Assembly (NCBI GenBank): GCA_963745075.1
Contig: CAVUWV010000027.1
Coordinates: forward strand, 96,001 to 160,000
Direction of reading: 5' to 3'
Source: Candidatus Hydrogenedentota bacterium
GTDB lineage: Bacteria; Hydrogenedentota; Hydrogenedentia; Hydrogenedentales; SLHB01
Length of the DNA stretch: 64,000 bases
Of the stretch, positions 32,778 through 43,834 are shown in pieces. Both the position numbers and the translations under genes were made by a program. The notes beneath the pieces are model-generated. The model was not told the origin of the DNA. It was given only the letters and a program-made list of their open reading frames with translations, and did not search any database. The stretch's first letter is position 1, and each line of letters begins with the position of its first letter.

Positions 32778-35700
32778 CTACGCAGCGCCCTCGAACTTGA
32801 CGCTTACCAACTGGGAAACTCCGCGTTCTTGTTGCGTGACGCCGTACAGCGCATCGGCCTTCGACATGGTTTGCTTGTTGTGCGTAATGACCACAAACTG
32901 GCTCGACGCCGTGAATTCCTCTAGGAGCGCAAGAAAGCGGCCGATGTTCGCGTCGTCCAGGGGGGCATCCACCTCGTCCAGCACGCAAAACGGACTGGGC
33001 TTGGCCTTGAAGATGCTGAACAACAGGGCGACCGCCGTCATGGCGCTCTCGCCACCCGAAAGCAAGGAAATCAACGTCGGCTTCTTGCCGGGAGGCCGCG
33101 CCTCGATTTCGATTCCGGATTCCAGCGGATCGTCTTCATCGAGCAGATAGACCCGGGCCTGGCCGCCGTTGAACAAACGGCGGAAGTAATTGCTGAAATT
33201 GTCGCTGATACTTTTGAACGTATCGAGAAACATCTCGCGAATGCGCTTATCGCTTCGTTCGATCACGCCCATCAGCGCTTCCCGGGCTTCGTGCAGATCC
33301 TGCGATTGGGTTTCGAGGAAAGTGTTGCGCTCTTCCAGAGCCTCGTACTCTTCAATGGCCATTAGGTTGACTTCGCCCATCCGTTGAATCCGTTGACGCA
33401 ATTCGTCTACCAGCTTATGGCGTGTCTCGTCGTCGTACTCGTCCGTCCCCACATTTTCGGCGTCCAACGAGGCCAACGAGACCTGATACTCATCGGCGAT
33501 GCGTTCTTGGAAGAACTCCACGCGATCCTCGTTGTGACGCAGTTGCAGTTCCAGGCGATGGACCTCGGACTGGGCCGAACGGGATTCCTCGCGGTACTGC
33601 TTGAGCTCTTTGTCGATTGCATCGCCCTCGTCGAGAAGAGTTTGAAGTTGGTTCTGTGCTTCGACCGCTTTGCGCGTCGCCTCTTCTTTGGTTTCAGACA
33701 ACGCCTTAGAACGTTCAATATTCAGGGCGATATCGCTTTCAAGGGTGGACCTCTGCTGCTCCAATTCCTGGATCAATTCCGCCCGGCGCTCAGCCTGCGT
33801 GAGAGCTTCCGTCCGCTCCCGTTCTTCCCGTTGCCGGTCGCGCTCCACTTCCTCGAGGCGTTGCGCAAGGCTCGCCTTCCTGACGCGCAAGTCTGCCAGC
33901 GTGCTCGAACACGCGGACAACGCTTGGCGCGCTTGCGATGCCGCCTCCTGTGCTTCTGACATCTGCTGTTGGAGTATCTCGTCGTCGCTCTGGATCGTGT
34001 CCGCGCGCTGCAATGCCTCACGGCGCTGCGCTTCGAATTGTTCGCGGCGCTGGCCAAGTTCATTACGGCGTTCATCCAGCGCGTGCCCGGCTTGCACGAG
34101 GTTATCGAGTTCCGCCCCCGACCGGGCCACGACGACACCCACCTCGTTGGCCTCTTTGCGAAGACTCGCGAGACGGCCATCGAGCGCGGTCAGTTCCCCG
34201 GCAACTTCCGACAGCGCCGTGCTCAGGCGTTCACGGTCGGCGGCAATGCCCTTAATAATACCCTCCGCCTCGCTCACGCGCCGTTCCAATTCCGCAATTT
34301 CCGCGCTGCGGCCCAGCAGCCCGCGACTTTCGTGCCGCGTGCGTCCACCGGTCACCGCTCCCGCCGAAGACACGACTTCGCCGTCCAGCGTGACCAGCCG
34401 CGGATGGCCGGTTCGTGACCGGGTGATGCGGATGGCGTCGTCCAGGGTTTCCACGATGATAGTGCTGTGAAGCAGATACTCCACCGCACTCTGCAACCGC
34501 GGATCGAACCGCACGTAGTCAATCGCCATGCCGACGACCCCGGGTTGATCGCGCAAGGACGATCCGTCGTCGCGCAATCCGCCGCGAATCGTGTCCAGCG
34601 GCAGGAAGGTCACGCGCCCTGCCGTGTGCTGTTTGAGGAATCCGATCGCATCTTTCGCCGCGTCGGCGTTTTCGGCGACCACATTGTTAATGTTGCCGCC
34701 CAACGCCGCTTCGATGGCCTTTTCATATTCCTTATCGGACGATAGCAGGTCGCCCACCGGGCCGATGATGCCGTTCAGTGTACCCATTCCACTGGCTTTC
34801 ATGACGGCCCGGACACCCACCGCGAACCCTTCGTAGTTATCGCGGAGTTCGCGCAGCGAATTCAGCCGCGCATCGATACTGCTTTTCTGTTCGCGTTGGC
34901 TGCGCCATTGTTCGTCCAGTTCTTTGAGCGCCATACTGTGCTCTTCGCGCGCAACTTGTAATTCATCCCGGCGCCGTTCTGCTGCCGACAGTTCGGACTG
35001 TTTCTCGGCTTCCCGCGCCCGGTCCGATTCCAGTGCCGCGAGAAGTTCTTCGCGTCGCGTGGATACGTCGTTCTGTTCCTCGTATACGCGCTCCAGCTGC
35101 GCGTCGGTCGCTGCAATGTTATCCGCGAGCGTCTCGATGGCGCTTTGCGTGCGAGCGCGGTCCGTCATACGTTCCGAGGCTTGCGTACGCATCGCCTCCA
35201 AGCGCTCATCGGCCTCCGCGACCCGCTCGGCAAGCTGGGCGTACTCGACCCCCTGTTGTTCCAACTCCTCCTCGGAACCGGCTAACTCGTTTCGCACCTC
35301 GCTCGCGCGTTCGTCAGTGCCGGTTACCTGCTCGGCTAAGACCGCGGCCCGCCCCTGGAGGGACTGCTGATCTTCGAAGGCCTGCTCTCGCTTTTCGTCG
35401 GCGTAGGCGATCTGCTGGCGGAGCAGTGCGATCTGCCGTTCGATCTTCTCCATCTCGGAATCGATCTCGTGAACGCCCTGCTGGCGTGCCAGCCGCACCC
35501 GCTCCACTTCGAGCCGGTTCAGCCCGACCTCTTCCTGTCGCGCTTCCAGCGTCGTGATCCGGGTGGTCAATCCCTCGTACTGTTTGCTGGACGCCGCAAA
35601 ACCTTTCTTGAGTTCGGCGATTTCGCTCGTCAGCCGTACAAATTCGAACCAGGCCGCGCGGATTTCGATGTCGCGTAGCTGATCCGTCAACTCCCGGTAG

Positions 35701-36341
35701 CGGATGGCGGCGTTGACCTGCCGTTTCAAAGAACGCATCTGCCGCTGAACTTCCGCGATGATGTCACTGAGACGAAGTAAATTCTGCTCGGCCGATTCCA
35801 AACGACGCATCGCGAGCCGTTTGCGGTTCTTGTATTTGATGATTCCCGCCGCTTCTTCGAACAAGTACCGGCGATCTTCCGGCTTCGAACTCAGAATCAG
35901 ATCCATCTTCCCCTGGCCCACCATCGAGTAGGCCTGCGTGCCGATACCCGTGTCCATAAACATTTCATGGATGTCTTTCAGCCGGCACGGGGCTTTGTTG
36001 ATGAGGTATTCACTCTCGCCGGAGCGATACACGCGGCGGGTAATCTGAACTTCCGCAAAGTCTACCGGAAGTTTGGAATCGGCGTTGTCGAAGGTAACCG
36101 AAACCTCCGCCATACCGAGCGCGTGGCGGTTCTCGCTGCCGTTGAACACCACATCCTGCATGTGGGAGCCGCGCAGTTCCTTCGCGCGCTGTTCCCCCAA
36201 CACCCACCGCAACGCGTCCAGAATGTTACTTTTGCCGCAGCCGTTCGGCCCGACAATCGCGGTGACTCCCTGTTCCATGCGAAGTAGCGTGCGATCGGCA
36301 AACGATTTGAAGCCGGTCATCTCGAGTTGCTTAAAGTACAT
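32778..36341 (-). CDS. smc: Chromosome segregation protein SMC
   Basis: GFKSF, GPNGCGKSN, long coiled coils, hinge GRVTFLPL, LSGGE, LDEVDAPLD and VITH. Confidence 0.97.
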   Translation of the reverse strand: MYFKQLEMTGFKSFADRTLLRMEQGVTAIVGPNGCGKSNILDALRWVLGEQRAKELRGSHMQDVVFNGSENRHALGMAEVSVTFDNADSKLPVDFAEVQITRRVYRSGESEYLINKAPCRLKDIHEMFMDTGIGTQAYSMVGQGKMDLILSSKPEDRRYLFEEAAGIIKYKNRKRLAMRRLESAEQNLLRLSDIIAEVQRQMRSLKRQVNAAIRYRELTDQLRDIEIRAAWFEFVRLTSEIAELKKGFAASSKQYEGLTTRITTLEARQEEVGLNRLEVERVRLARQQGVHEIDSEMEKIERQIALLRQQIAYADEKREQAFEDQQSLQGRAAVLAEQVTGTDERASEVRNELAGSEEELEQQGVEYAQLAERVAEADERLEAMRTQASERMTDRARTQSAIETLADNIAATDAQLERVYEEQNDVSTRREELLAALESDRAREAEKQSELSAAERRRDELQVAREEHSMALKELDEQWRSQREQKSSIDARLNSLRELRDNYEGFAVGVRAVMKASGMGTLNGIIGPVGDLLSSDKEYEKAIEAALGGNINNVVAENADAAKDAIGFLKQHTAGRVTFLPLDTIRGGLRDDGSSLRDQPGVVGMAIDYVRFDPRLQSAVEYLLHSTIIVETLDDAIRITRSRTGHPRLVTLDGEVVSSAGAVTGGRTRHESRGLLGRSAEIAELERRVSEAEGIIKGIAADRERLSTALSEVAGELTALDGRLASLRKEANEVGVVVARSGAELDNLVQAGHALDERRNELGQRREQFEAQRREALQRADTIQSDDEILQQQMSEAQEAASQARQALSACSSTLADLRVRKASLAQRLEEVERDRQREERERTEALTQAERRAELIQELEQQRSTLESDIALNIERSKALSETKEEATRKAVEAQNQLQTLLDEGDAIDKELKQYREESRSAQSEVHRLELQLRHNEDRVEFFQERIADEYQVSLASLDAENVGTDEYDDETRHKLVDELRQRIQRMGEVNLMAIEEYEALEERNTFLETQSQDLHEAREALMGVIERSDKRIREMFLDTFKSISDNFSNYFRRLFNGGQARVYLLDEDDPLESGIEIEARPPGKKPTLISLLSGGESAMTAVALLFSIFKAKPSPFCVLDEVDAPLDDANIGRFLALLEEFTASSQFVVITHNKQTMSKADALYGVTQQERGVSQLVSVKFEGAA

Positions 36342-36412
36342 CGAGCGTCAATTGGTTCCTCAACCGCGTCGTGCGGATTGTATGATTCGTTCCGTCGCGT
36401 GAAAACCGGAAT

Positions 36413-37204
36413 TCACACCGTGTCATCCGTCGCGTGCAGCACACGTTCAATCGACCGGGCCATCCCCGTGTCGTCGTCCGCGTCGATCACGACCGCGCTG
36501 ATTCCGGGACGTTCCTTCGCAACCGTGTGGGGCACAGGCATGCCCGTGAGAAACTTCTGCACACTGAGTTTCCGATCGAGTCCAATTACCGAGTCGAACG
36601 GCCCCGTCATTCCCACATCCGTTATGTACGCGGTCCCCTTCGGCAACACGCGCTCGTCCGCAGTCTGCACGTGCGTATGGGTGCCCACGACGGCCGTGCA
36701 TTTTCCGTCCAGATACCACCCCATCGCCACCTTTTCCGCCGTGGCTTCCGCATGAAAATCCACCAAGACCAACGGCGTTTCCGCACGAAGCTTTTCCACC
36801 TCGCAAAGACCCACCTCAAAAGGGCTGGCAAACGGTTCCATGTACACCCTGCCCAGGAGATTCGTGAAACCTACCTTCCGGCCATCCTCAAGCGCAATGA
36901 CCATGCTGCCCTGGCCCGGGCTTTGGTCGGGGTAGTTCGCGGGGCGGATAACCGGACCCACCGAATCAATGCCCTGAATGAGTTCGCGCTTGCGCCACGT
37001 ATGGTTTCCCATGGTGACACCCTGGACGCCCATCGACAGGATTTCCCTCAGGATTGCAGGGGTGGCCCCGAGCCCGCCCGCGGCATTTTCCCCATTCGCC
37101 AGAACCAAGTCAATCCGGTGGGCTTCCCGCAGTTCCGGTAGCCACCGTTTGACACAAGTCCGGCCCACGCTACCGACGATGTCGCCGATAAACAGGATAC
37201 GCAT
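36413..37204 (-). CDS. ymdB: YmdB-family metallophosphoesterase
   Basis: GDIVG, NGENAAGG, MGNH, DFHAEATAEK, GTHTHVQT and DVGMTG; lies downstream of rny. Confidence 0.93.
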   Translation of the reverse strand: MRILFIGDIVGSVGRTCVKRWLPELREAHRIDLVLANGENAAGGLGATPAILREILSMGVQGVTMGNHTWRKRELIQGIDSVGPVIRPANYPDQSPGQGSMVIALEDGRKVGFTNLLGRVYMEPFASPFEVGLCEVEKLRAETPLVLVDFHAEATAEKVAMGWYLDGKCTAVVGTHTHVQTADERVLPKGTAYITDVGMTGPFDSVIGLDRKLSVQKFLTGMPVPHTVAKERPGISAVVIDADDDTGMARSIERVLHATDDTV

Positions 37205-37214
37205 CGGCCTCGAG

Positions 37215-38777
37215 CTACTTCGCCAGTTCGGACGCGCGGGTTTCGCGAATCACGGTCACCTTAATCTGTCCGGGATAGGTCATCTCGGACTCGACCTTGC
37301 GCGCCACGTCCCGGGCCAATTGCATCGCCTCCGCATCGGAAATCCGGTCGGGCTGGACCGCGATCCGAATCTCGCGGCCCGCCTGCAGCGCGTAAGACTT
37401 CTCCACGCCGGGAAACGCGTCCGCGATCTCCTCCAATTGTTCGAGGCGCTTGATGTACGTTTCGACCGTCTCGCGCCGCGCACCGGGACGGGCTGCCGAC
37501 AACGCGTCCGCCGCTTGCACCAGCAACGCCATGACTGACTTTTGCTCCATCTCGTTGTGGTGGGCGCCTACGGCATTCGCAATCGGTTCGCTCTCACCGT
37601 ACCGCTTCACGAAATCATGGCCGATCACCGCATGCGACCCCTCGACTTCGTGACTGATCGATTTCCCGATATCGTGGATCAATGCCGCCCGCTTGGTTTC
37701 CTGGACGTTCAGGCCCAGTTCCGAGGCCATGATTCCGGCGAGGTGACACACTTCCATCGAATGCTTTAACACGTTCTGGCCGTATGACGTACGATAGCTG
37801 AGCCTCCCCAGCAACTTGATGATCTCGGGATGGAGCCCATGCACGTCGACTTCGAGGCAGGCCTGCTCGCCCATCTCCTTGATCGTCTTGGCCATCTCCT
37901 CCTTGACTTTTTCCACCACTTCCTCGATGCGAGCGGGGTGGATGCGACCGTCGGAAATGAGGCGCTCCAGCGTGATACGCGCAATCTCGCGCCGTACCGG
38001 GTCGAATCCCGACAGAATGACGGCTTCCGGCGTGTCGTCGATAATGATATTGATGCCGGTGGCGCTTTCGAGAGCTCGGATATTCCGGCCTTCACGCCCG
38101 ATGATCCTGCCCTTCATTTCGTCGTTCGGCAGCGGCACCACGGAAACCGTCGTTTCCGCGACGTGGTCCGCCGCGCAACGTTGAATCGCCTGGCCAATGA
38201 CCCATTTGGCCTTCTTGTCCGCATTGTCGACCAATTCTTCTTCGATGCGCTTCAAGCGCAACGCCGTATCGCGGCGCACCTCGGTTTCGAGCTGCTGAAA
38301 CAGTTCCTTGCGCGCTTCATCCGCGCTCATACCCGAGATATACTCGAGTTTTTGGGTCTGCTCGGCGATGACTTGGGTAAGTTTCTCTTTTTCCTTGGAT
38401 AACGCGCTTTCACGTCCGGCCAGCTCGCGCTCTTTTGCGGCCAGCTCGCCGGCCTTTCGTTCTACAGATTCCACCCGCTTGTCAACGGTTTCTTCTTTCG
38501 CGAGGATGCGCTTTTCCAGCGCTACAAGCTCTTTGCGGAATTCTCGAGCTTCTCGTTCAGCTTCCTCGCGAAGCTGAATCCGCTGCTCTTTAATGGTGGT
38601 ATTCGCTTCCTTGATGATCGAAGCGGCTTCGCGTTCTGCGTCTGAAATGGTCTGGGCCGCGTCTCGGCGCGCCTTGCCCAGTAAACTCCTCCCAAAAAGA
38701 CTGGCGCCGACAACCGCGACGACCAGTCCCGCCACGAAACCTGCCCCGATCCACGCGAAAATCAGTGGATCAGACAT
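37215..38777 (-). CDS. rny: Ribonuclease Y
   Basis: N-terminal TM, coiled coil, KH domain [16 protein letters not shown] domain HDIGK and [20 protein letters not shown]. Confidence 0.97.
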   Translation of the reverse strand: MSDPLIFAWIGAGFVAGLVVAVVGASLFGRSLLGKARRDAAQTISDAEREAASIIKEANTTIKEQRIQLREEAEREAREFRKELVALEKRILAKEETVDKRVESVERKAGELAAKERELAGRESALSKEKEKLTQVIAEQTQKLEYISGMSADEARKELFQQLETEVRRDTALRLKRIEEELVDNADKKAKWVIGQAIQRCAADHVAETTVSVVPLPNDEMKGRIIGREGRNIRALESATGINIIIDDTPEAVILSGFDPVRREIARITLERLISDGRIHPARIEEVVEKVKEEMAKTIKEMGEQACLEVDVHGLHPEIIKLLGRLSYRTSYGQNVLKHSMEVCHLAGIMASELGLNVQETKRAALIHDIGKSISHEVEGSHAVIGHDFVKRYGESEPIANAVGAHHNEMEQKSVMALLVQAADALSAARPGARRETVETYIKRLEQLEEIADAFPGVEKSYALQAGREIRIAVQPDRISDAEAMQLARDVARKVESEMTYPGQIKVTVIRETRASELAK

Positions 38778-39042
38778 GTACTAGACCTCCATCCCCCAAA
38801 AAGGGACGCCTGTTTGAGCCCTGCCCGAGGCATCGAGGAGGTCAAAGGGAAGAGTGAGCCGCCGTTTCAAGATCTAAAATATAGTCAGATATAACCTTAG
38901 CACGAACACCCCAAGGCTCGGCTTAGCCATTCCAACCATACGCGAAACGCCGCTGCGGCGAGGAGAACTCATGTCACCGTATCCCTTTTGCTCCGAAATG
39001 CGTCGAAGAGCGAAAAAGTGAACTTCCTTGACTCCGACGGTA

Positions 39043-39072
39043 AGTATAAGGAGGCGAGTGCCCTCAAGTCAA
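39043..39072 (-). promoter_or_regulatory. Sigma70-type promoter upstream of rny
   Basis: TTGACT-18 nt-TATACT on the minus strand, about 265 nt upstream of the rny ATG. Confidence 0.5.
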
Positions 39073-39275
39073 TTGGCTGCCCGGCTGAAAAACGAGTGCA
39101 ACATTTTATAACAGGCGCAGCGATTTCCGCGGCTTCAGCCATAACCCGTTGACTAAGAATTTAGACACGGGTACGCAAAGTGCGAAGAGCTTTTCTCGAA
39201 TTGTTGGTTAATGATATTCTGTCGCTGGCAATTCGGGCAGGACCGGATCGCACCGGGGAAGGAGTGAGGCCGATT

Positions 39276-39758
39276 GTGAAAGCCGAGTTGGTTAATCCAT
39301 TTGTTGAGAGTGTTTACGATCTGTTTGGAACCATGCTTTCCGCCAAGATCGTTCGGATCGGACTGGCCATTACCGAAGGCCGGCAAATGCCTCACGAAGT
39401 CATGGCACTCATCGGTTTCAGCGGCGTCATGCGCGGGACTGTCGCGCTGGCCCTGCCCGCCAGAACATGCCGCCTCATGGTGGGCAGGTTGTTGGGTCAG
39501 GAAATGCAAAGCGATGACGAAAGTGTTTCGGATACGATCGCCGAAATGGTCAATATCGTGGCAGGCTCGGCCAAGGCCAAACTCTCCCAAAAGGTCAAGC
39601 AGACCCTGGAGCTGAGCTTGCCCGTCGTGTTTCGCGGCAATGATTTCGATGTTTACTCGCCCTCGAAGGCGGTCTGGGTCGAAATCCCCTTCGAAAGCGA
39701 CCTTGGACCCCTTCGAATGCGGTTGTCGCTCAGGTCAAATATGGCTGGAGCCGCGTAA
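39276..39758 (+). CDS. cheX: CheX-family chemotaxis phosphatase
   Basis: MKAELVNPFVES, IGFSGVMRG, ExxN motif AEMVNIVAG and LSLP; AAGGAG upstream of the GTG start. Confidence 0.85.
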   Translation: MKAELVNPFVESVYDLFGTMLSAKIVRIGLAITEGRQMPHEVMALIGFSGVMRGTVALALPARTCRLMVGRLLGQEMQSDDESVSDTIAEMVNIVAGSAKAKLSQKVKQTLELSLPVVFRGNDFDVYSPSKAVWVEIPFESDLGPLRMRLSLRSNMAGAA

Positions 39759-40031
39759 GTTGCAGTACGTCTAACGATCCCTGCAATCGCAATGCAACTT
39801 TTCGCAGTGTTCCGGTATAGAGTAGCTACTGTTGGTTGACTGGTTGAGGGAAAGCTGCAAGCAATCACGGTTTTTCACCGGCAATAGATCGCTGGCCTCA
39901 TGTGATTTATCCCTCTCCGTGCCCCAAAGTTTCGGGGTGATATATGCTGGTAAGCGTTCGTGCAGGCGGTTCGTTGCGCCCCCCTTGTATGTTGCAGGCC
40001 GTAGCGTACCGCGAGATAGGAGGGATTCGAC

Positions 40032-41372
40032 GTGGCTGACTCGTATAGCGAAAAACACCCGGGGTGCGAAGGATATCATTCCTGCTTCGGCAGAGGCATC
40101 GGTCGGCGGGATTTCCTGAAGGTCGGCGTGCTCTCCGGTTTGGGTCTGACGCTGGGCGATTACTTCCGCCTCCTGGACGCGAACGCTCAAGATGCGGCGC
40201 CGGATCCCAAGGCCCAGTCCGTCATTTTTATCTATTTGGCCGGCGGGATGAGCCACGTCGACACGTTCGACCCCAAACCGTATGCCCCCATCGAGTATCG
40301 TGGCGAATTGGGTTCCGTCAAGACGAACACGGGCGATGTCTTCGGCGGGCTCCTTCAGAACCTGTCTCAGACGGCGGACAAATTGTGCGTACTGCGATCG
40401 GTCACGCACGGCGAGGCCGCCCACGAACGCGGCACGCATAATATGCTTACGGGGTATCGGCCGAGTCCGGCGATCGTCTACCCCAGCATCGGGTCCGTCG
40501 TGGCGCATGAATATGGGCCGCGCAACGATTTACCTCCCTACGTCGCCATACCCAATGCGGCCAATACGTACATGGGTACCGGCTACCTGAGTTCGGCCTA
40601 CGGTCCTTTCAGCGTGGGGGGGGAACCGTCCGACAAGAATTTCCATGTGCGTGACCTTAACCTGCCGGACGGCGTCGATCCCGCGCGGATGGAAGCGCGG
40701 AAATCGCTCTTGAACGCTGTGGATACCCATTTTAAGGAACTGGAAAACGGCGATGCGCTGGATGCCATGGATAGCTATTACCAGCGCGCATACGCAATGA
40801 TCAGTTCGCAGACGGCGCGGGAAGCGTTCAACGTCGCTGCGGAACCCGATGACATCCGGGATCGCTATGGCCGGTCGGCCATGGGCCAGCGGCTTCTGCT
40901 GGCGCGTCGCCTGGTGGAAGGCGGAGCGCGATTCGTCACCGTCGTAGACGGCGGCTGGGACCATCACCAACACATCAAGAACGCCATGAGCACCAACGTG
41001 CCGCCGTTGGATCAGGGGCTTGCAGCGCTGGTGGCCGATCTGGATAGCCGCGGTTTGTTGAATCAGACGATGATCGTGCTCACCACCGAATTCGGTCGCA
41101 CCGTGCGCATCAACAAAGATGGCGGCCGCGACCACTGGCCGAAGGCGTTTAGCGTCATGCTCGCCGGCGGTGGCATCAAAGGCGGCGTGATTTACGGCAA
41201 GACGGATGCCTACGGTTCCGAGCCGACCGATTCTCCGGTCGGACCCGCCGATATTGCCGCCACCATTTTCACGCAGTTGGGCATCGATCCGACGCGGAAA
41301 CTGATGAGCCCCGGCAATCGTCCCATCGACATCGTTCGCAATGGCGGCCCCATTGGTAGCGTGATCGCATAG
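40032..41372 (+). CDS. DUF1501 domain protein, Tat-exported
   Basis: RRDFLK Tat motif; YLAGGMSHVDTFDPKP, LLARRLVE.G.RFV, GWDHH, EFGRT and GRDHW. Confidence 0.92.
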   Translation: MADSYSEKHPGCEGYHSCFGRGIGRRDFLKVGVLSGLGLTLGDYFRLLDANAQDAAPDPKAQSVIFIYLAGGMSHVDTFDPKPYAPIEYRGELGSVKTNTGDVFGGLLQNLSQTADKLCVLRSVTHGEAAHERGTHNMLTGYRPSPAIVYPSIGSVVAHEYGPRNDLPPYVAIPNAANTYMGTGYLSSAYGPFSVGGEPSDKNFHVRDLNLPDGVDPARMEARKSLLNAVDTHFKELENGDALDAMDSYYQRAYAMISSQTAREAFNVAAEPDDIRDRYGRSAMGQRLLLARRLVEGGARFVTVVDGGWDHHQHIKNAMSTNVPPLDQGLAALVADLDSRGLLNQTMIVLTTEFGRTVRINKDGGRDHWPKAFSVMLAGGGIKGGVIYGKTDAYGSEPTDSPVGPADIAATIFTQLGIDPTRKLMSPGNRPIDIVRNGGPIGSVIA

Positions 41373-41404
41373 AGTTCCGACTGGATTGTGTGGGTGGTAT
41401 CGTG

Positions 41405-43762
41405 ATGTTTCGCTTGTGTCTGCTTGTTACGGGGTGTTTGCTGCTGGCCGGTTCAACCGCGTTCGCAGCGGTTCCTTCGCTGGGGAACATCGCACCCCGA
41501 GGTGCTGCCCGGGGAGGCCAAGTCGAGGTCGAATTCCAGGGCTCCAATTTGCAGGACGCCGTGGATCTCATGTTCCACGACGCCGGCATCACGCTCGTCG
41601 AACTGACCCAGGAAGACAACAACAAAGTCAAGTGCAAACTGGATATTACACCGGATTGTCGCCTCGGAACCCACCCCATCCGCATCCGAACGAAAGGCGG
41701 CGTCTCCAATTTGAAGCTATTCAGTGTGGGCGCATTGCCAGAAATCAACGAAGACGAATCCAACAACAACGATGGTAAGTCGGCGCCCACCATTCCTATC
41801 GGAACTACCGTCAACGGCACAATTGGCGGCGAGGACGTGGACTATTTCGCGGTCGAACTGGCCGAAGGCGCCCGGTTGACCGCCGAAGTCGAGGCGATGC
41901 GTTTGGGCGGTCCGCTCTTCGATCCGAAGCTCCGCCTCTTCAGTCCGTCCGGCCACGAAATCATTGCGGAAGACGACACCGCCTTGTTAGCGCAAGACGC
42001 CGCGTTCGTCTATACCGGCGGCGAGGCTGGACGTTACGTCGTCGCCGTGAGCGAAGCGTCGTACGGTGGCGGTGGCGGGTTTTACTACCGCCTGCACGTC
42101 GGTCAGTTTCCGCGACCGATGATGGTATCGCCGTTGGGCGGACCCTCGGGCGGTCAGGTAAACGTGACGTGGCTGGGTGACCCCGCCCTCGCGGCACAAA
42201 CGGTGACCGCGCCGACTGCCGATGCCGGAACCGCGCTGCTGGAACCTGCGAGTGACGCGGGAGTTGCGCCGTCGCCCGTGCCGTTTCGTGTGAGCGACCT
42301 GCCCGAAACGATTGAGGCCGAGCCCAACAACGCACCCGATCACGCTACGGCCGGCACGGCCCCCGGAGCGTTCGACGGCGTTCTCGCGGAGCCGGGTGAC
42401 GAAGACTGGTATTCCTTTGATGGCGCCAAGGGTCAGGTCTACGACGTCCGGGTGTACGCGCGCGAAATGGGATCTCCGTTGGATAGCGTGCTCGTCGTGA
42501 ACAATCCGTCGGGCAGCCAACTCGCCGCGAACGACGACGGGGTTGGTATGGACAGTTTGGCCCGCATTGCGCTCGCCGAAGACGGCAAACACACTCTTCG
42601 CATACGCGACCAACTGGGCGGCGGTGGTCCGACCTACGCCTATCGGGTCGAAATCACCCCCGTGAAACCGGTATTAAGTTTTGGCTTCCTTGAAAACGAC
42701 GGCGCCGAACTCACGGTGCCCGCCGGGAATCGCGCCTTTACGATCGTGTCCGCGAAGCGATCCGATTTCGACGGTCCCCTGGCGGTGTCGGTTGAGGGAA
42801 TGCCCGAAGGTGTAACGGCCGACATGGACGAGTTTCCCGCCGGTCAAGCCACGATGCCTATGGTCGTCGAAGCAACGCCCGAGGCACCGGTAGCCGGTGC
42901 GTTGGCATCCTTTGCAGGCAAGGTGGACCAGGACGGCGCGGACGTGCAAGGCGGTATCGACTACCACGTCGAGTTAATCCACGGCAACAACAAGGTGGTC
43001 TTCTGGTATCAGACCGTGAACCGGCTGGCGACGGCCGTTGCCGATCCAATTCCGTTCAAGATCGATTTGGTCGTTCCCAAGGCGCCCATCGTCCAAAACG
43101 GTTCACGCCAGTTGAAAATCGTGGCCACGCGCGCCGAGGGGTTTAACGACAAGATTTCTCTGCGCATACCGTGGTTACCACCCGGGCTGGGAGCCGGTAC
43201 CGCGGAAATTCCCCCCGATGCCACGGAGACCACCATTCTGATCAACGCCAATAACAATGCGCCCGCCGGCACAAAACGGCTCGCCGTGGTGGGCTCGAGT
43301 GCGGGATACACCGTCAGCACCGCCTTGACGCCGGTGACGATCGAAGCGCCTTGGGTGACCTTCGACGTGACCAAGGCCGAAACGGAACAAGGAAAACCGG
43401 CCGAACTCGTCGTGAACGTCAACCAGGCCCAGGCGTTCGACGGCACGTACAAAGCCGAACTGCTCGGCCTTCCCAAGGGCGTGACGTCCCAGCCTTTGGA
43501 TGTGTCGAAGGATACGACGGAACTGAAATTTCCGCTCGACGTCGCGGCCGACGCACCGGCGGGCAAGTTCAAGGGCCTGTTCGTGCGGACGGTTCTCGTC
43601 AAAGAAGGCGAGGACGTCCTCCATCAATCCGGCGGCGGCGAACTGGCGATTTACAAGCCATTGCCCCCGGAACTAAAAGAAGCAGCGCCGCCGCCACCGA
43701 AACCGGAAGAAAAGAAACCAGACCAACCGAAGCGAAAGACGCGGTTCCCTACCACAACGTAA
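41405..43762 (+). CDS. Secreted PPC (pre-peptidase C-terminal) repeat protein, planctomycete type
   Basis: Signal peptide; E.E.NN repeats, DVDYF, DEDWYSF, GSPLDSVL and ANDD; no protease catalytic motif seen. Confidence 0.8.
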   Translation: MFRLCLLVTGCLLLAGSTAFAAVPSLGNIAPRGAARGGQVEVEFQGSNLQDAVDLMFHDAGITLVELTQEDNNKVKCKLDITPDCRLGTHPIRIRTKGGVSNLKLFSVGALPEINEDESNNNDGKSAPTIPIGTTVNGTIGGEDVDYFAVELAEGARLTAEVEAMRLGGPLFDPKLRLFSPSGHEIIAEDDTALLAQDAAFVYTGGEAGRYVVAVSEASYGGGGGFYYRLHVGQFPRPMMVSPLGGPSGGQVNVTWLGDPALAAQTVTAPTADAGTALLEPASDAGVAPSPVPFRVSDLPETIEAEPNNAPDHATAGTAPGAFDGVLAEPGDEDWYSFDGAKGQVYDVRVYAREMGSPLDSVLVVNNPSGSQLAANDDGVGMDSLARIALAEDGKHTLRIRDQLGGGGPTYAYRVEITPVKPVLSFGFLENDGAELTVPAGNRAFTIVSAKRSDFDGPLAVSVEGMPEGVTADMDEFPAGQATMPMVVEATPEAPVAGALASFAGKVDQDGADVQGGIDYHVELIHGNNKVVFWYQTVNRLATAVADPIPFKIDLVVPKAPIVQNGSRQLKIVATRAEGFNDKISLRIPWLPPGLGAGTAEIPPDATETTILINANNNAPAGTKRLAVVGSSAGYTVSTALTPVTIEAPWVTFDVTKAETEQGKPAELVVNVNQAQAFDGTYKAELLGLPKGVTSQPLDVSKDTTELKFPLDVAADAPAGKFKGLFVRTVLVKEGEDVLHQSGGGELAIYKPLPPELKEAAPPPPKPEEKKPDQPKRKTRFPTTT

Positions 43763-43834
43763 GGAAACCGAGTGCTCATTTGATTGTCGCGGATAATTCG
43801 GTACGCGGGAAGACAACCAGACGAAGAGGTACTG

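Noticed and set aside
38845..38990. Firm 6S RNA call
   Set aside because: The position fits, but I could not confirm the long rod with central bubble or the conserved motifs; kept only as a candidate finding
41405..43762. Serine protease annotation for the PPC protein
   Set aside because: No subtilisin or trypsin catalytic motifs visible; only PPC and Ig-like repeats
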